A DNA stretch of 54,318 bases from an uncultured Candidatus Saccharibacteria bacterium (GCA_964625995.1 CAZVDC010000001.1:1-54318), one strand, 5' to 3'. Shown: positions 17,633 through 24,940, numbered from the stretch's first letter. The notes: generated by a model from the sequence alone, not told the origin. Made by a program: numbers and translations.

Positions 17633-18846
17633 TATTGGATTTCGGTTTCGTTTTTATTTTGTACCTTATTTTTACTAACCTTGAGGATTGAATATTCCTT
17701 TTCTATTTTTTTAGTTTTTTCAATTTGGTTTTGTATTTTTTTAGGTAATAATTTCAATAATTTTTTTAACTTTTCTTGGTCAATAGTTATAACTTCCTCC
17801 CATTTTCCTAACGGTTCTAAAATTTCTTTTATTTTGTTTAAATCATAGCCATATCGAATTGAGGGTAGGCGAGTAATATAGCCTGATTCGCTAAATACTC
17901 TTTCTAGTCCTTGTTGGTCTAGATATTTATTTATTAATTCTTTTAATTCTTTTATTCTTTGATTATTTTTTTGATTTTGTTCCTTTAAGTTTAAAAATTC
18001 TTCTATTGCTTGTTTTACTTCCTGGTCTTCAACTTTAGGTTCGCTATATTTATGTTTCCACATCGGACATATGTTTTTATATCCGCACCAGTCACAAAGT
18101 ACAGAAGGGGTAGGTCTAAAGTCGCTTTTTTCAATCTCAGAAATTCTTTGCCAAACTTCTTCTTCTACTTCTTTTAATTGTTCTTGTGTTCTTTGGGTGG
18201 TTAGGATTTCATTATGTTTTAGATAGTGAAAGCTTAATTTTATATTTTCTGGTTTTTCTTCTTTTAATTTTGGCCAGCGTCTTAAAACTGCTAGACAATA
18301 GAGTGAAAATTGAAGATTTTTATCTGCTTCTGTTTGAGAAGGAAGTCTTTTTGTTGTTTTGTAATCAACTACCCTAATAGAACCATCACTCAATTTATCA
18401 ATTCTATCTATAATACCTACTAGAGTACATTTTTGACCTGTTTCTGGGTTTTCTATTGGGATTTCAAAACGGGATTCAGTGTCTAAAACTACAAACTTAT
18501 CTTTTTCTTTTAAAAAATGCTGATAATAGTTTTTTAACATCTTCACGCCTTCGCTAAAATAGATTAAATCCTCTTGTTCATCAAATGGTTCTGAATTCCA
18601 GATTTCTTTGTAATAATTTAACAAATCATCGAGAGTAGGGGAAATAGGGGAAGTTGAATGGAAATATTTTAGAGCCTCATGAATGGTGTTTCCAAAAACT
18701 GCTTCTTTTAATTTAGGAACCTTTATTTTGTCAATTACTTTAAATTTATATTTTTGAGGACATTGTCTAAATAACTCTAATGCAGAGTAAGAAGTTTTTG
18801 TGACTTTAATTTTTTCTTGTTCTTGAGTCATATTAGTACAGAGCAT
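17632..18846 (-). CDS. PD-(D/E)XK nuclease, Cas4/AddB-like with Fe-S cysteines
   Basis: Cys29 (FRQCPQKY) plus C-x2-C-x5-C (CDWCGYKNIC). The nuclease core has IIDRIDK..VVDYKT and QFSLYCLA. There is a C-terminal extension of about 140 aa rich in charged coiled-coil sequence. Confidence 0.75.
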   Translation of the reverse strand: MLCTNMTQEQEKIKVTKTSYSALELFRQCPQKYKFKVIDKIKVPKLKEAVFGNTIHEALKYFHSTSPISPTLDDLLNYYKEIWNSEPFDEQEDLIYFSEGVKMLKNYYQHFLKEKDKFVVLDTESRFEIPIENPETGQKCTLVGIIDRIDKLSDGSIRVVDYKTTKRLPSQTEADKNLQFSLYCLAVLRRWPKLKEEKPENIKLSFHYLKHNEILTTQRTQEQLKEVEEEVWQRISEIEKSDFRPTPSVLCDWCGYKNICPMWKHKYSEPKVEDQEVKQAIEEFLNLKEQNQKNNQRIKELKELINKYLDQQGLERVFSESGYITRLPSIRYGYDLNKIKEILEPLGKWEEVITIDQEKLKKLLKLLPKKIQNQIEKTKKIEKEYSILKVSKNKVQNKNETEIQ

Positions 18847-18858
18847 TTTTTCAATTCA

Positions 18859-18867
18859 ATTTTATCA
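18859..18867 (-). promoter_or_regulatory. extended -10 promoter (TGATAAAAT)
   Basis: The minus strand reads TGATAAAAT 12 nt upstream of the ATG at 18846. Confidence 0.35.
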
Positions 18868-18911
18868 CGAACCCTAAATCGTTTCAAACAAACTTGTATC
18901 ATGGTTATAGG

Positions 18912-19889
18912 CTATTCTTTTAATCTTCTTCCGCTGTGAAATTTACGATGAATATCACGAAGACGCTTATTAGTAAGATGGGTATAAATTTGAGTAGTGG
19001 CAATATTTTGATGTCCCAAAAGCTCTTGGACAATTCTTATATCAACCCCTTGGTTTAAAAGGTCAGTAGCGTATGAATGTCTTAAAGTGTGAGGCGTTGC
19101 CTGAATGGGGAGACCGGCAATTTTAGAGTATTTTTCTAAAATTCTTTCTACAGACCGGGGCGTAATCCTTCTTGAAGTAGGGGAGTGTTCTTTGTTTCTA
19201 CTACCCGGTTTGTAACTAATAAATAGCGCTTCATCTGTATCAGTTCGAGTTTCAAGATATTTTCTTAACCACTTTACTGCTCTTTCTGAAAAATAAACTG
19301 TTCTAATTTTTCCTCCTTTTCCTGTAATTGACAACTCTAGGTCTTTTGTATCCGGTTTTATTTTTAACTGGTCTCTATTAAGAGTTACCAATTCAGAAAC
19401 TCTGAGCCCAGTAGAAAAGAGCGTTTCTAAAATAGCTCGGTCGCGCAGTCCAATATTGTGCGACGTATCTGGAGCAAGCAGAAGTTTTTCCACTTGGTCT
19501 AGAGTAAGAAATTTAATATCTTGAACTGATTTGTCTTTTGCTAATTTTACCTTATCGGCAGGAAGGGATTGAATATCTCTATCAGCAAAAAAAGTAAGAA
19601 GGTTTCTTAGGGCAATTAGGTAATAATTCTGAGTTTTTTTCTTTAGTGTTTTCTTGGTTTTTTCTGAAATAGGAGAGCGGGATAAAAAAACACGGTATTT
19701 CCAAATATGTTCTGATGTTAATTGATGAGGTTTTAAATCCTCATTATGAGTCATTTTTAGCCATTTTATAAACTTATTGAGGTATCTACTATAATTTTCT
19801 TGGGTTTTATTAGCAGCCCCTTTTTCAATTTCTAGATACTCAAGAAAGTCGGGGATATGTTTTATTATTGGTTTATTAGATTTTTGCAT
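18912..19889 (-). CDS. tyrosine site-specific recombinase, XerC/XerD-like
   Basis: SAM-like N-domain. Catalytic residues lie in LRVSEL, GKGGKIRTV, HTLRHSYAT, LLGHQNIATTQIYTH (R..K..H-x-x-R..H..Y). Confidence 0.85.
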   Translation of the reverse strand: MQKSNKPIIKHIPDFLEYLEIEKGAANKTQENYSRYLNKFIKWLKMTHNEDLKPHQLTSEHIWKYRVFLSRSPISEKTKKTLKKKTQNYYLIALRNLLTFFADRDIQSLPADKVKLAKDKSVQDIKFLTLDQVEKLLLAPDTSHNIGLRDRAILETLFSTGLRVSELVTLNRDQLKIKPDTKDLELSITGKGGKIRTVYFSERAVKWLRKYLETRTDTDEALFISYKPGSRNKEHSPTSRRITPRSVERILEKYSKIAGLPIQATPHTLRHSYATDLLNQGVDIRIVQELLGHQNIATTQIYTHLTNKRLRDIHRKFHSGRRLKE

Positions 19890-20002
19890 AATTTTAAAAT
19901 TATTTTAACTCATTTTATTTTATTTATTTTTTGTTTTGTTTTTTTTGCTCTTTTAAATAACCAAAACTTTAATATTTAGAAAGAAGGGGGAGAGGTGTAT
20001 AA

Positions 20003-20104
20003 ATGTCCCTTGATAGAAAAGTGAGTAAAATTCAATATATTTTATGTCGCTTTACCTACATTGTGCGACCTTTTATATCTTTATTTTATTTCTTTAGAGA
20101 ATAA
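20003..20104 (+). CDS. candidate 33-aa small protein
   Basis: ATG is preceded by the unusually strong SD AAGGGGGAGAGGTG (19984-19997). Peptide MSLDRKVSKIQYILCRFTYIVRPFISLFYFFRE. It is below the ORF-track length cutoff and has no homology support. Confidence 0.25.
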   Translation: MSLDRKVSKIQYILCRFTYIVRPFISLFYFFRE

Positions 20105-20174
20105 TATGTCAAGTAGTTTTCTGGGGATAAACACTCCTCCCCTATTTTAAAAGTGATACTAAAAACTAAAATAT

Positions 20175-20235
20175 CTAATTAACCTAATTAACCTAATTAA
20201 CCTAATTGACCTAATTATTCTAATTAACCCAATCA
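20175..20235. repeat. 9-bp tandem repeat CTAATTAAC (about 6.5 units)
   Basis: CTAATTAAC x3 exact, then CTAATTGAC, CTAATTATT, CTAATTAAC and a partial unit. It lies directly downstream of the M23 peptidase stop. Confidence 0.85.
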
Positions 20236-20240
20236 AATTT

Positions 20241-21482
20241 TTACAAATAATTTAATGGATTTATTGTTGCTCCAATTGGTAACTTTCCACAATATTTGCT
20301 TTGCTTTAAAGTAAAGGTATTAGAAGCATAAACACCAAAATGTAAATGACTTCCTGTAGAATATCCAGAACTTCCTTCATAGCCAATTATTTCGCCTCTT
20401 TGAACCTTGTCCCCTACCCGGAATCTTCCAAAGGCTGAGAGATGAGCATAAAGAGTCGTTAGATTATTATCATGTTCAATAGCAATCCATTTCCCATATG
20501 CGCCTCCTGGACAATATAAGTCTGTGTTGCCCATTGCTATTATTGTCCCCTCTCTTGCTGCTCTGATAGGATTTCCATATCCGCTAGCAATATCAATTCC
20601 ATTATGAAATCCGCTTTTATATAATCTTTTACTATAAGGAGTATATCCATAACCCTGAGTTAAAAGGCCTTCGTTTGGCCAAGAAAGTATACCTGAACGC
20701 GGTTTAGGAATACTTTCTGGGTCTAGGGTTAATCTCAGCTTTTCTTCTAATTCAAAAATCTCTTCTTGAATTTTCTGTTCTTTTTCTTTTATTTCTGCTA
20801 GAATTTGTTGATATCTTTGTTCCTCTCCCCTGGTTTGCCTTAAAAGATAAACTTTTTGACTTCTTTGCTGGTCTTGTAATTGTTTTTGAGTGTAAAGTTG
20901 AGCATTGTAGGTTTCTAAATCTCTTTTTTTGTTTTCCAGTTCTGTTTTCTGTTCTTCTAAGACTATTTTAAGATTTTTAAGCGAAGTAAGGTCATTTTGA
21001 ATATTTTTTTGAAGTTGATTTATATATTCTAACTGGTTTAGAAACTCAGAAAGTTTTTTAGTTTCTAACATTAATTCTAAGGTAGTTTTTGTATCATACT
21101 CATAAATAGTTCGTATTATCCCGCCAATACTTTTTTTATAATTTTCTATTTTTTTAGTTTTTTCATAGATTTCTAAATTCAATTCTTCAATCTGGAGATT
21201 TAGACTTGATATTTTAGCCGAAGTAACTTGAATATCTGTTTTAAGTTTTCTAATCCTGGTTTCGATGATATAAAGCTGGTTTTGAAGAGTGGCTTTTTTC
21301 TGTCGGGTTTCCTGAAGTTCTTGTTGGTATTTTTTAGCCTCTTCTTCTAATTGTTTAATCTCCTCCTCTTTTTCTTTTATTTGTTGTTTTAAGTCGTCAA
21401 GCAAAGATGCCCGGGTTAATACCGGATAAATTGATAGTGCCAACAAGGAAACAATTATTAGTGAAACTATAATTTTATTCAT
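20241..21482 (-). CDS. M23 family metallopeptidase with N-terminal coiled coil (EnvC-like layout)
   Basis: Signal/anchor, then about 230 aa of coiled coil, then a LytM domain with HNGIDI and HLHFGV. Confidence 0.85.
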   Translation of the reverse strand: MNKIIVSLIIVSLLALSIYPVLTRASLLDDLKQQIKEKEEEIKQLEEEAKKYQQELQETRQKKATLQNQLYIIETRIRKLKTDIQVTSAKISSLNLQIEELNLEIYEKTKKIENYKKSIGGIIRTIYEYDTKTTLELMLETKKLSEFLNQLEYINQLQKNIQNDLTSLKNLKIVLEEQKTELENKKRDLETYNAQLYTQKQLQDQQRSQKVYLLRQTRGEEQRYQQILAEIKEKEQKIQEEIFELEEKLRLTLDPESIPKPRSGILSWPNEGLLTQGYGYTPYSKRLYKSGFHNGIDIASGYGNPIRAAREGTIIAMGNTDLYCPGGAYGKWIAIEHDNNLTTLYAHLSAFGRFRVGDKVQRGEIIGYEGSSGYSTGSHLHFGVYASNTFTLKQSKYCGKLPIGATINPLNYL

Positions 21483-21509
21483 TATTTTTTTATTTATTTT
21501 CCAATTAAA

Positions 21510-21518
21510 AGTATAGCA
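21510..21518 (-). promoter_or_regulatory. extended -10 promoter (TGCTATACT)
   Basis: The minus strand reads ATATGCTATACT about 28 nt upstream of the ATG at 21482. Confidence 0.45.
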
Positions 21519-21574
21519 TATTAAAAATAATTATCATATATACCCTACTCTGTTTGTTTGATACCATTAAAACC

Positions 21575-21603
21575 TTGACAAGGTTTTTATATTATTGTAA
21601 AAT
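21575..21603 (+). promoter_or_regulatory. sigma70-type promoter
   Basis: TTGACA (21575-21580), 17 nt, TAAAAT (21598-21603). Confidence 0.6.
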
Positions 21604-21650
21604 TTCGTTGGTCTATGAAAAGTACCTTGAAAATATAAAAGGAGGAAGAA

Positions 21651-23060
21651 ATGAAAAAAATAAAGAAGCTTTTTATAGTTTCTTTATTGGTATTATTATT
21701 TTTGCCGCATTTAAACTTTCTTGTTGGGATGACGTCATCTTCTAAGGAGGTCATAAGTAACGAAGAAAAAAACCAACCAAGCAAAAATTATTGGAAAGCA
21801 GTTGCTGAATGTTTTTCTCTTAATATAGGTGTGTGGGCTTATGATTGGTATGTAAAAAAAGCAGAATGGGCAAATATTTCTCTTTATTCCATTAAAAAGA
21901 ATATCAAAATGGGCTATATCTGGGATGATAATAGCTTTATGGCGAATCAAGGAGATCATCCATTTCATGGAGCAATGTATTGGGCTGCAGCTAGGACGAA
22001 TGGGCTGAGTTTCTGGGAAAGTGTTATTTTTCCTTTTTGGGGCAGTTTTTTCTGGGAAGTTGTTTTAGAAACAAATCGGCCTTCTACTAATGATAGTATA
22101 TCGACTACCTTAGGAGGGATTTTTTTAGGAGAAACTCTTTTTAGATTAGCCAATTTAATAATTGATGAACAAGCTAGAGGTATTGAAAGAATAGGGCGTG
22201 AATGTTTTGCTTTTCTAGTTAATCCCATGGTTGGAATAGACCGGTTAATTTCTGGAAAGAGCTGGAAAAGGCAAGCAAGAAATGGTATAAAACATTTCTA
22301 TGATTTTCAGGTACCAATAAGGTTATTGGGGCAGAAAGATTCAATAGGTATTAGTTTGACTTACAAAAACGCCTGGGCTTATCCATCGGGTTCTTGGATA
22401 GAACCATATGATTATTTTGATTTTGATATCAGGCTGACATTAAACCGAAAGAAGAGACCGAAAATAGAAAGACTTCTGTCTGAAGGTCTGTTGTTTGGCA
22501 AAAAAGATAGTTTCAGCAAAAACTGCTTTGTTCTTTGGGGGATTTTTGGAAACTTTGATTATTTCATGATGCCGGCTAATCGAATTTCATCTATTGGTTT
22601 AGGACCAGGACTGTTAAGCGAGTTGAAACTTAACCACGGTTGGTTTTTAAACAACACATTAACTATGTCAGGCATTTTCGGAGGCTCCACATCTTCTTTT
22701 GTTCTTCGATTCGGAGAAAATATTTTTAAACAATACAATGAAACTCACCAGTTTGGTTCTAAAGAAGATCCTTATTATCTTGGGCCAGGATTTTTAGGAA
22801 AGTTAGGCCTAGAAATCGGAAATGAGAAAATCGGATCAATCGAATCAAATATTTATTGTCATTGGGTTAAATCTATCTTTGGAACCAGTGCGAAAGAGCA
22901 AGTGGCAATAGTTAATTTTCTGGCAAAAGTTAAGATATCCAGATGGTGTTATTTAGGAATAGAAAGAGAATATCTGATTAGAAAAGGTTTCTATCGTCAC
23001 TATGATCCTTTGGTAAATACTAATAAAAATTTCTCTTTTTATTTAAGTTTAAACTTTTAA
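21651..23060 (+). CDS. hypothetical secreted protein (possibly DUF3943-like N-domain, beta-rich C-domain)
   Basis: SD AAAGGAGGAAG and a signal peptide. The motif NQGDHPFHGAMYWAAAR..WE..E..STND is present. The C-terminus ends FSFYLSLNF. Confidence 0.55.
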   Translation: MKKIKKLFIVSLLVLLFLPHLNFLVGMTSSSKEVISNEEKNQPSKNYWKAVAECFSLNIGVWAYDWYVKKAEWANISLYSIKKNIKMGYIWDDNSFMANQGDHPFHGAMYWAAARTNGLSFWESVIFPFWGSFFWEVVLETNRPSTNDSISTTLGGIFLGETLFRLANLIIDEQARGIERIGRECFAFLVNPMVGIDRLISGKSWKRQARNGIKHFYDFQVPIRLLGQKDSIGISLTYKNAWAYPSGSWIEPYDYFDFDIRLTLNRKKRPKIERLLSEGLLFGKKDSFSKNCFVLWGIFGNFDYFMMPANRISSIGLGPGLLSELKLNHGWFLNNTLTMSGIFGGSTSSFVLRFGENIFKQYNETHQFGSKEDPYYLGPGFLGKLGLEIGNEKIGSIESNIYCHWVKSIFGTSAKEQVAIVNFLAKVKISRWCYLGIEREYLIRKGFYRHYDPLVNTNKNFSFYLSLNF

Positions 23061-23061
23061 A

Positions 23062-23095
23062 AAACCCTCTTTTTGAAGAGGGTTTTAATTTTTCT
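23062..23095 (+). terminator. intrinsic terminator
   Basis: AAACCCTCT-TTTTGA-AGAGGGTTT followed by a T-rich run. Confidence 0.7.
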
Positions 23096-23111
23096 AGCTT
23101 ATTTATAAATA

Positions 23112-23140
23112 TTGACACTAATCAGAAAATATGTTATTTT
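23112..23140 (+). promoter_or_regulatory. sigma70-type promoter with extended -10
   Basis: TTGACA (23112-23117), 17 nt, TGtTATTTT (-10 at 23135-23140). Confidence 0.6.
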
Positions 23141-23173
23141 ATTATCCTCAGTTCTTTAAAAAAGGAGGATCAA

Positions 23174-23710
23174 ATGAGAAAGAGTTTAATTATTGGTTTA
23201 GTTGTCTTGATGGGGGGCTTGCTTCTTTTGGGTTCTTTTGGGTATGCGGATGAGTTAGAAAACCGACAGTTATATTTTTCTATTGGTTGCGAAGCATTTG
23301 ATCCATTTAATTGGCCCGAGGATATTACAGCAGAAGATTTTGTTGGAGAGTTACTACCATCTCCCAACTATTTAAAAATTTGTTATATTACAAAGAATAC
23401 AAGATTCTTGATAGAATCTACTATCGCGCTTGACGAAAGCTGTTCATCATCGCTTGAAGCCGATTTTATGTTTTTACGGTATGGAGAGTCTTGCGATGTT
23501 GGGAATCTTTTTCAAACTATTGGTTTAGTTGGTCTTTATTGCGGTGGAAGATTTTATGACGGTAGAGTCACAAAAAATCCCGAATTTGATAAATTGTTTA
23601 TTCCTCATGTGGGCCTTAAAATTATGGGGATAGTATATTTTGACTTAAAACTACATCTGAACTGGAATGGTCGACATTATTTAATAATGAGCATGGGGTT
23701 AATTTTTTAG
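23174..23710 (+). CDS. hypothetical small secreted protein
   Basis: SD AAAGGAGGA and signal peptide MRKSLIIGLVVLMGGLLLLGSFGYA. The C-terminus ends MSMGLIF. Confidence 0.5.
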   Translation: MRKSLIIGLVVLMGGLLLLGSFGYADELENRQLYFSIGCEAFDPFNWPEDITAEDFVGELLPSPNYLKICYITKNTRFLIESTIALDESCSSSLEADFMFLRYGESCDVGNLFQTIGLVGLYCGGRFYDGRVTKNPEFDKLFIPHVGLKIMGIVYFDLKLHLNWNGRHYLIMSMGLIF

Positions 23711-23740
23711 GAGTTAGTTTTTCTCTTTAAACCTTAGAAA

Positions 23741-23775
23741 AAACCCTCTCTTTTTGAAGAGGGTTTTATTTTTTC
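23741..23775 (+). terminator. intrinsic terminator
   Basis: AAACCCTCT-CTTTTTGA-AGAGGGTTT followed by a T-rich run, after the 23174 gene. Confidence 0.7.
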
Positions 23776-23797
23776 TAGCTTATTTTATTTATAAATA

Positions 23798-23826
23798 TTA
23801 ACACTAATCAGAAAATATGTTATTTT
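23798..23826 (+). promoter_or_regulatory. orphan promoter copy (TTAACA-17-TATTTT)
   Basis: Duplicate of the promoter at 23112-23140 with one -35 change. It is followed by an SD-like AAAGGAAGG but no start codon or ORF. Confidence 0.4.
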
Positions 23827-23885
23827 ATTATCCTCAAGTTCTTTAAAATTTTAAAGGAAGGCTAATCGGACTGATTTTTTATTTA

Positions 23886-23912
23886 ATATGACGAGGAAAG
23901 ATCTCGTCATAT
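23886..23912. repeat. REP-like palindrome, TGACGAGG variant
   Basis: ATATGACGAGG-AAAGA-TCTCGTCATAT followed by T7. Confidence 0.8.
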
Positions 23913-24178
23913 TTTTTTATTTTACTATGTATCTAAATTCCACAATATGTGCGTGGACAGTACTTTTTTATTGTCAAAATTAAATAAAAAATATTATCAT
24001 ACAAAAAAAATACTTCCTAAGCTAAGCTTTTATATCAAAAAAATTATCCCTATAAAAATTCAAAAACAATTCTCTAAAATACAAAATCTATCCCTACCCT
24101 AAAAATCCAAAAATACCTCCTACAAAATATAAAACAAAATATAAAATATAAAATAAAAATATAAAATAAAAATATAAA

Positions 24179-24241
24179 TATATATGTTTAAATTATAATT
24201 ATATATGTTTATAATTAAATTATATATGTTTATAAAAATAA
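24179..24241 (+). repeat. three 21-bp tandem iteron-like repeats
   Basis: TATATATGTTTA starts at 24179, 24200 and 24221, an exact 21-bp phase, inside a strongly A-rich ORF-free tract. Confidence 0.85.
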
Positions 24242-24250
24242 AACATAAAC

Positions 24251-24307
24251 TTATCCTCACTTTTAGTCGATCGTCTAAAAATGGGGAACAAAATAAAAAC
24301 TTAAACA
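24251..24307 (+). repeat. direct repeat U (degenerate copy of the 24975-25029 palindrome region)
   Basis: TTATCCTCACTTTTAGTCGATCGTCTAAAAATGGGGAA..TTAAACAA. The 28-bp core matches copy D at 26 of 28 positions, but the left arm is mutated so the hairpin is weakened. Confidence 0.8.
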
Positions 24308-24373
24308 AAATCAAATAATAATTAAATAATTAAATAATTATTAACAAATAAAAGCTAAGGATAAATTAAAAAT

Positions 24374-24940
24374 ATGAAAATTAAACTCCCTTTTACAGAA
24401 AAATTTCTTTGGGACTTATATAAGTTTATAGATAAAACCGAAGGATTCTTAAGCTTTTTTATAGATGCGGACAAACCCTATAATTTTCCCGGAATAGAAA
24501 ATTTAACTCCGGCTCAGTTTAGAATTTTTAAAAAGAATTGGGAATATAATTATAAAAAAAGATCTAAAGATTTTGCTAGACTTGTTTATAGATTGAAGGA
24601 AAGAGGCTATCTCAAAACACTAAGAGTTAAGGAAGGGGCCTCAGTAATAATTACCCCTAAAGGACTAGAAAAAGTTTTTAAAATAAAAATGAAATTAGTA
24701 GAAAAGAAAAAACGGAAAGATAAAAAATGGCAAATGGTGCTCTTTGATATTCCTGAAACAAAAAGAAAGCAACGAAATTGGTTTCGAAAAGGACTACAAT
24801 ATCTCGGTTATCAAAAACTACAAAGAAGTATCTGGGTCTGCCCTTACGACGTCTTAAAAGAAACTAAAGATTTAATTAAAAGATATAAGCTAGAACCTTA
24901 TGTAGAACTGCTTTTAGTTAAGAAAATCGGTCTCAGTTAA
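24374..24940 (+). CDS. wHTH + Cas2/VapD-like ferredoxin-fold protein (PaaX-like architecture)
   Basis: Central wHTH-like segment FARLVYRLKERGYLKTLRVKEG. The C-terminus KWQMVLFDIPETKRKQRNWFRKGLQYLGYQKLQRSIWVCPYDV..VELLLVKK follows the Cas2-type beta-alpha-beta-beta-alpha-beta pattern, with Asp in strand 1. Assignment is by motif memory only. Confidence 0.5.
   Translation: MKIKLPFTEKFLWDLYKFIDKTEGFLSFFIDADKPYNFPGIENLTPAQFRIFKKNWEYNYKKRSKDFARLVYRLKERGYLKTLRVKEGASVIITPKGLEKVFKIKMKLVEKKKRKDKKWQMVLFDIPETKRKQRNWFRKGLQYLGYQKLQRSIWVCPYDVLKETKDLIKRYKLEPYVELLLVKKIGLS

Larger units (their letters stand above)
23059..23160 (+). repeat. about 100-bp direct repeat, copy 1 (terminator + promoter module)
   Basis: Near-identical to 23738-23847. 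It contains the hairpin at 23062-23085 and the promoter at 23112-23140. Confidence 0.85.
23738..23847 (+). repeat. about 100-bp direct repeat, copy 2 (terminator + promoter module, no ORF behind it)
   Basis: Same hairpin, TTCTAGCTTATTT, ATAAATATT(G>A)ACACTAATCAGAAAATATGTTATTTTATTATCCTCA. Confidence 0.85.

Noticed and set aside
20030-20075. A dif-like site near the xer gene (AATATATTTTATGTCGCTTTACCTACATTGTGCGAC, with GTCGC/GCGAC symmetry and a TTATGT core).
   Set aside because: It shows only a 5-bp inverted match and poor agreement with the 11-6-11 architecture. It also lies inside the candidate 33-codon ORF. The palindrome at 24978-25013 is the better candidate.
23142-24259. A chromosomal oriC, considered because of DnaA-box-like TTATCCTCA at 23142, 23828 and 24251 plus the A/T-rich tract.
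   Set aside because: No dnaA, dnaN or other origin-linked genes are nearby. Two of the three boxes are simply part of the duplicated promoter module. Gene orientation is convergent here, which is terminus-like, rather than divergent. The idea is kept only as a plasmid-type alternative in the iteron finding.
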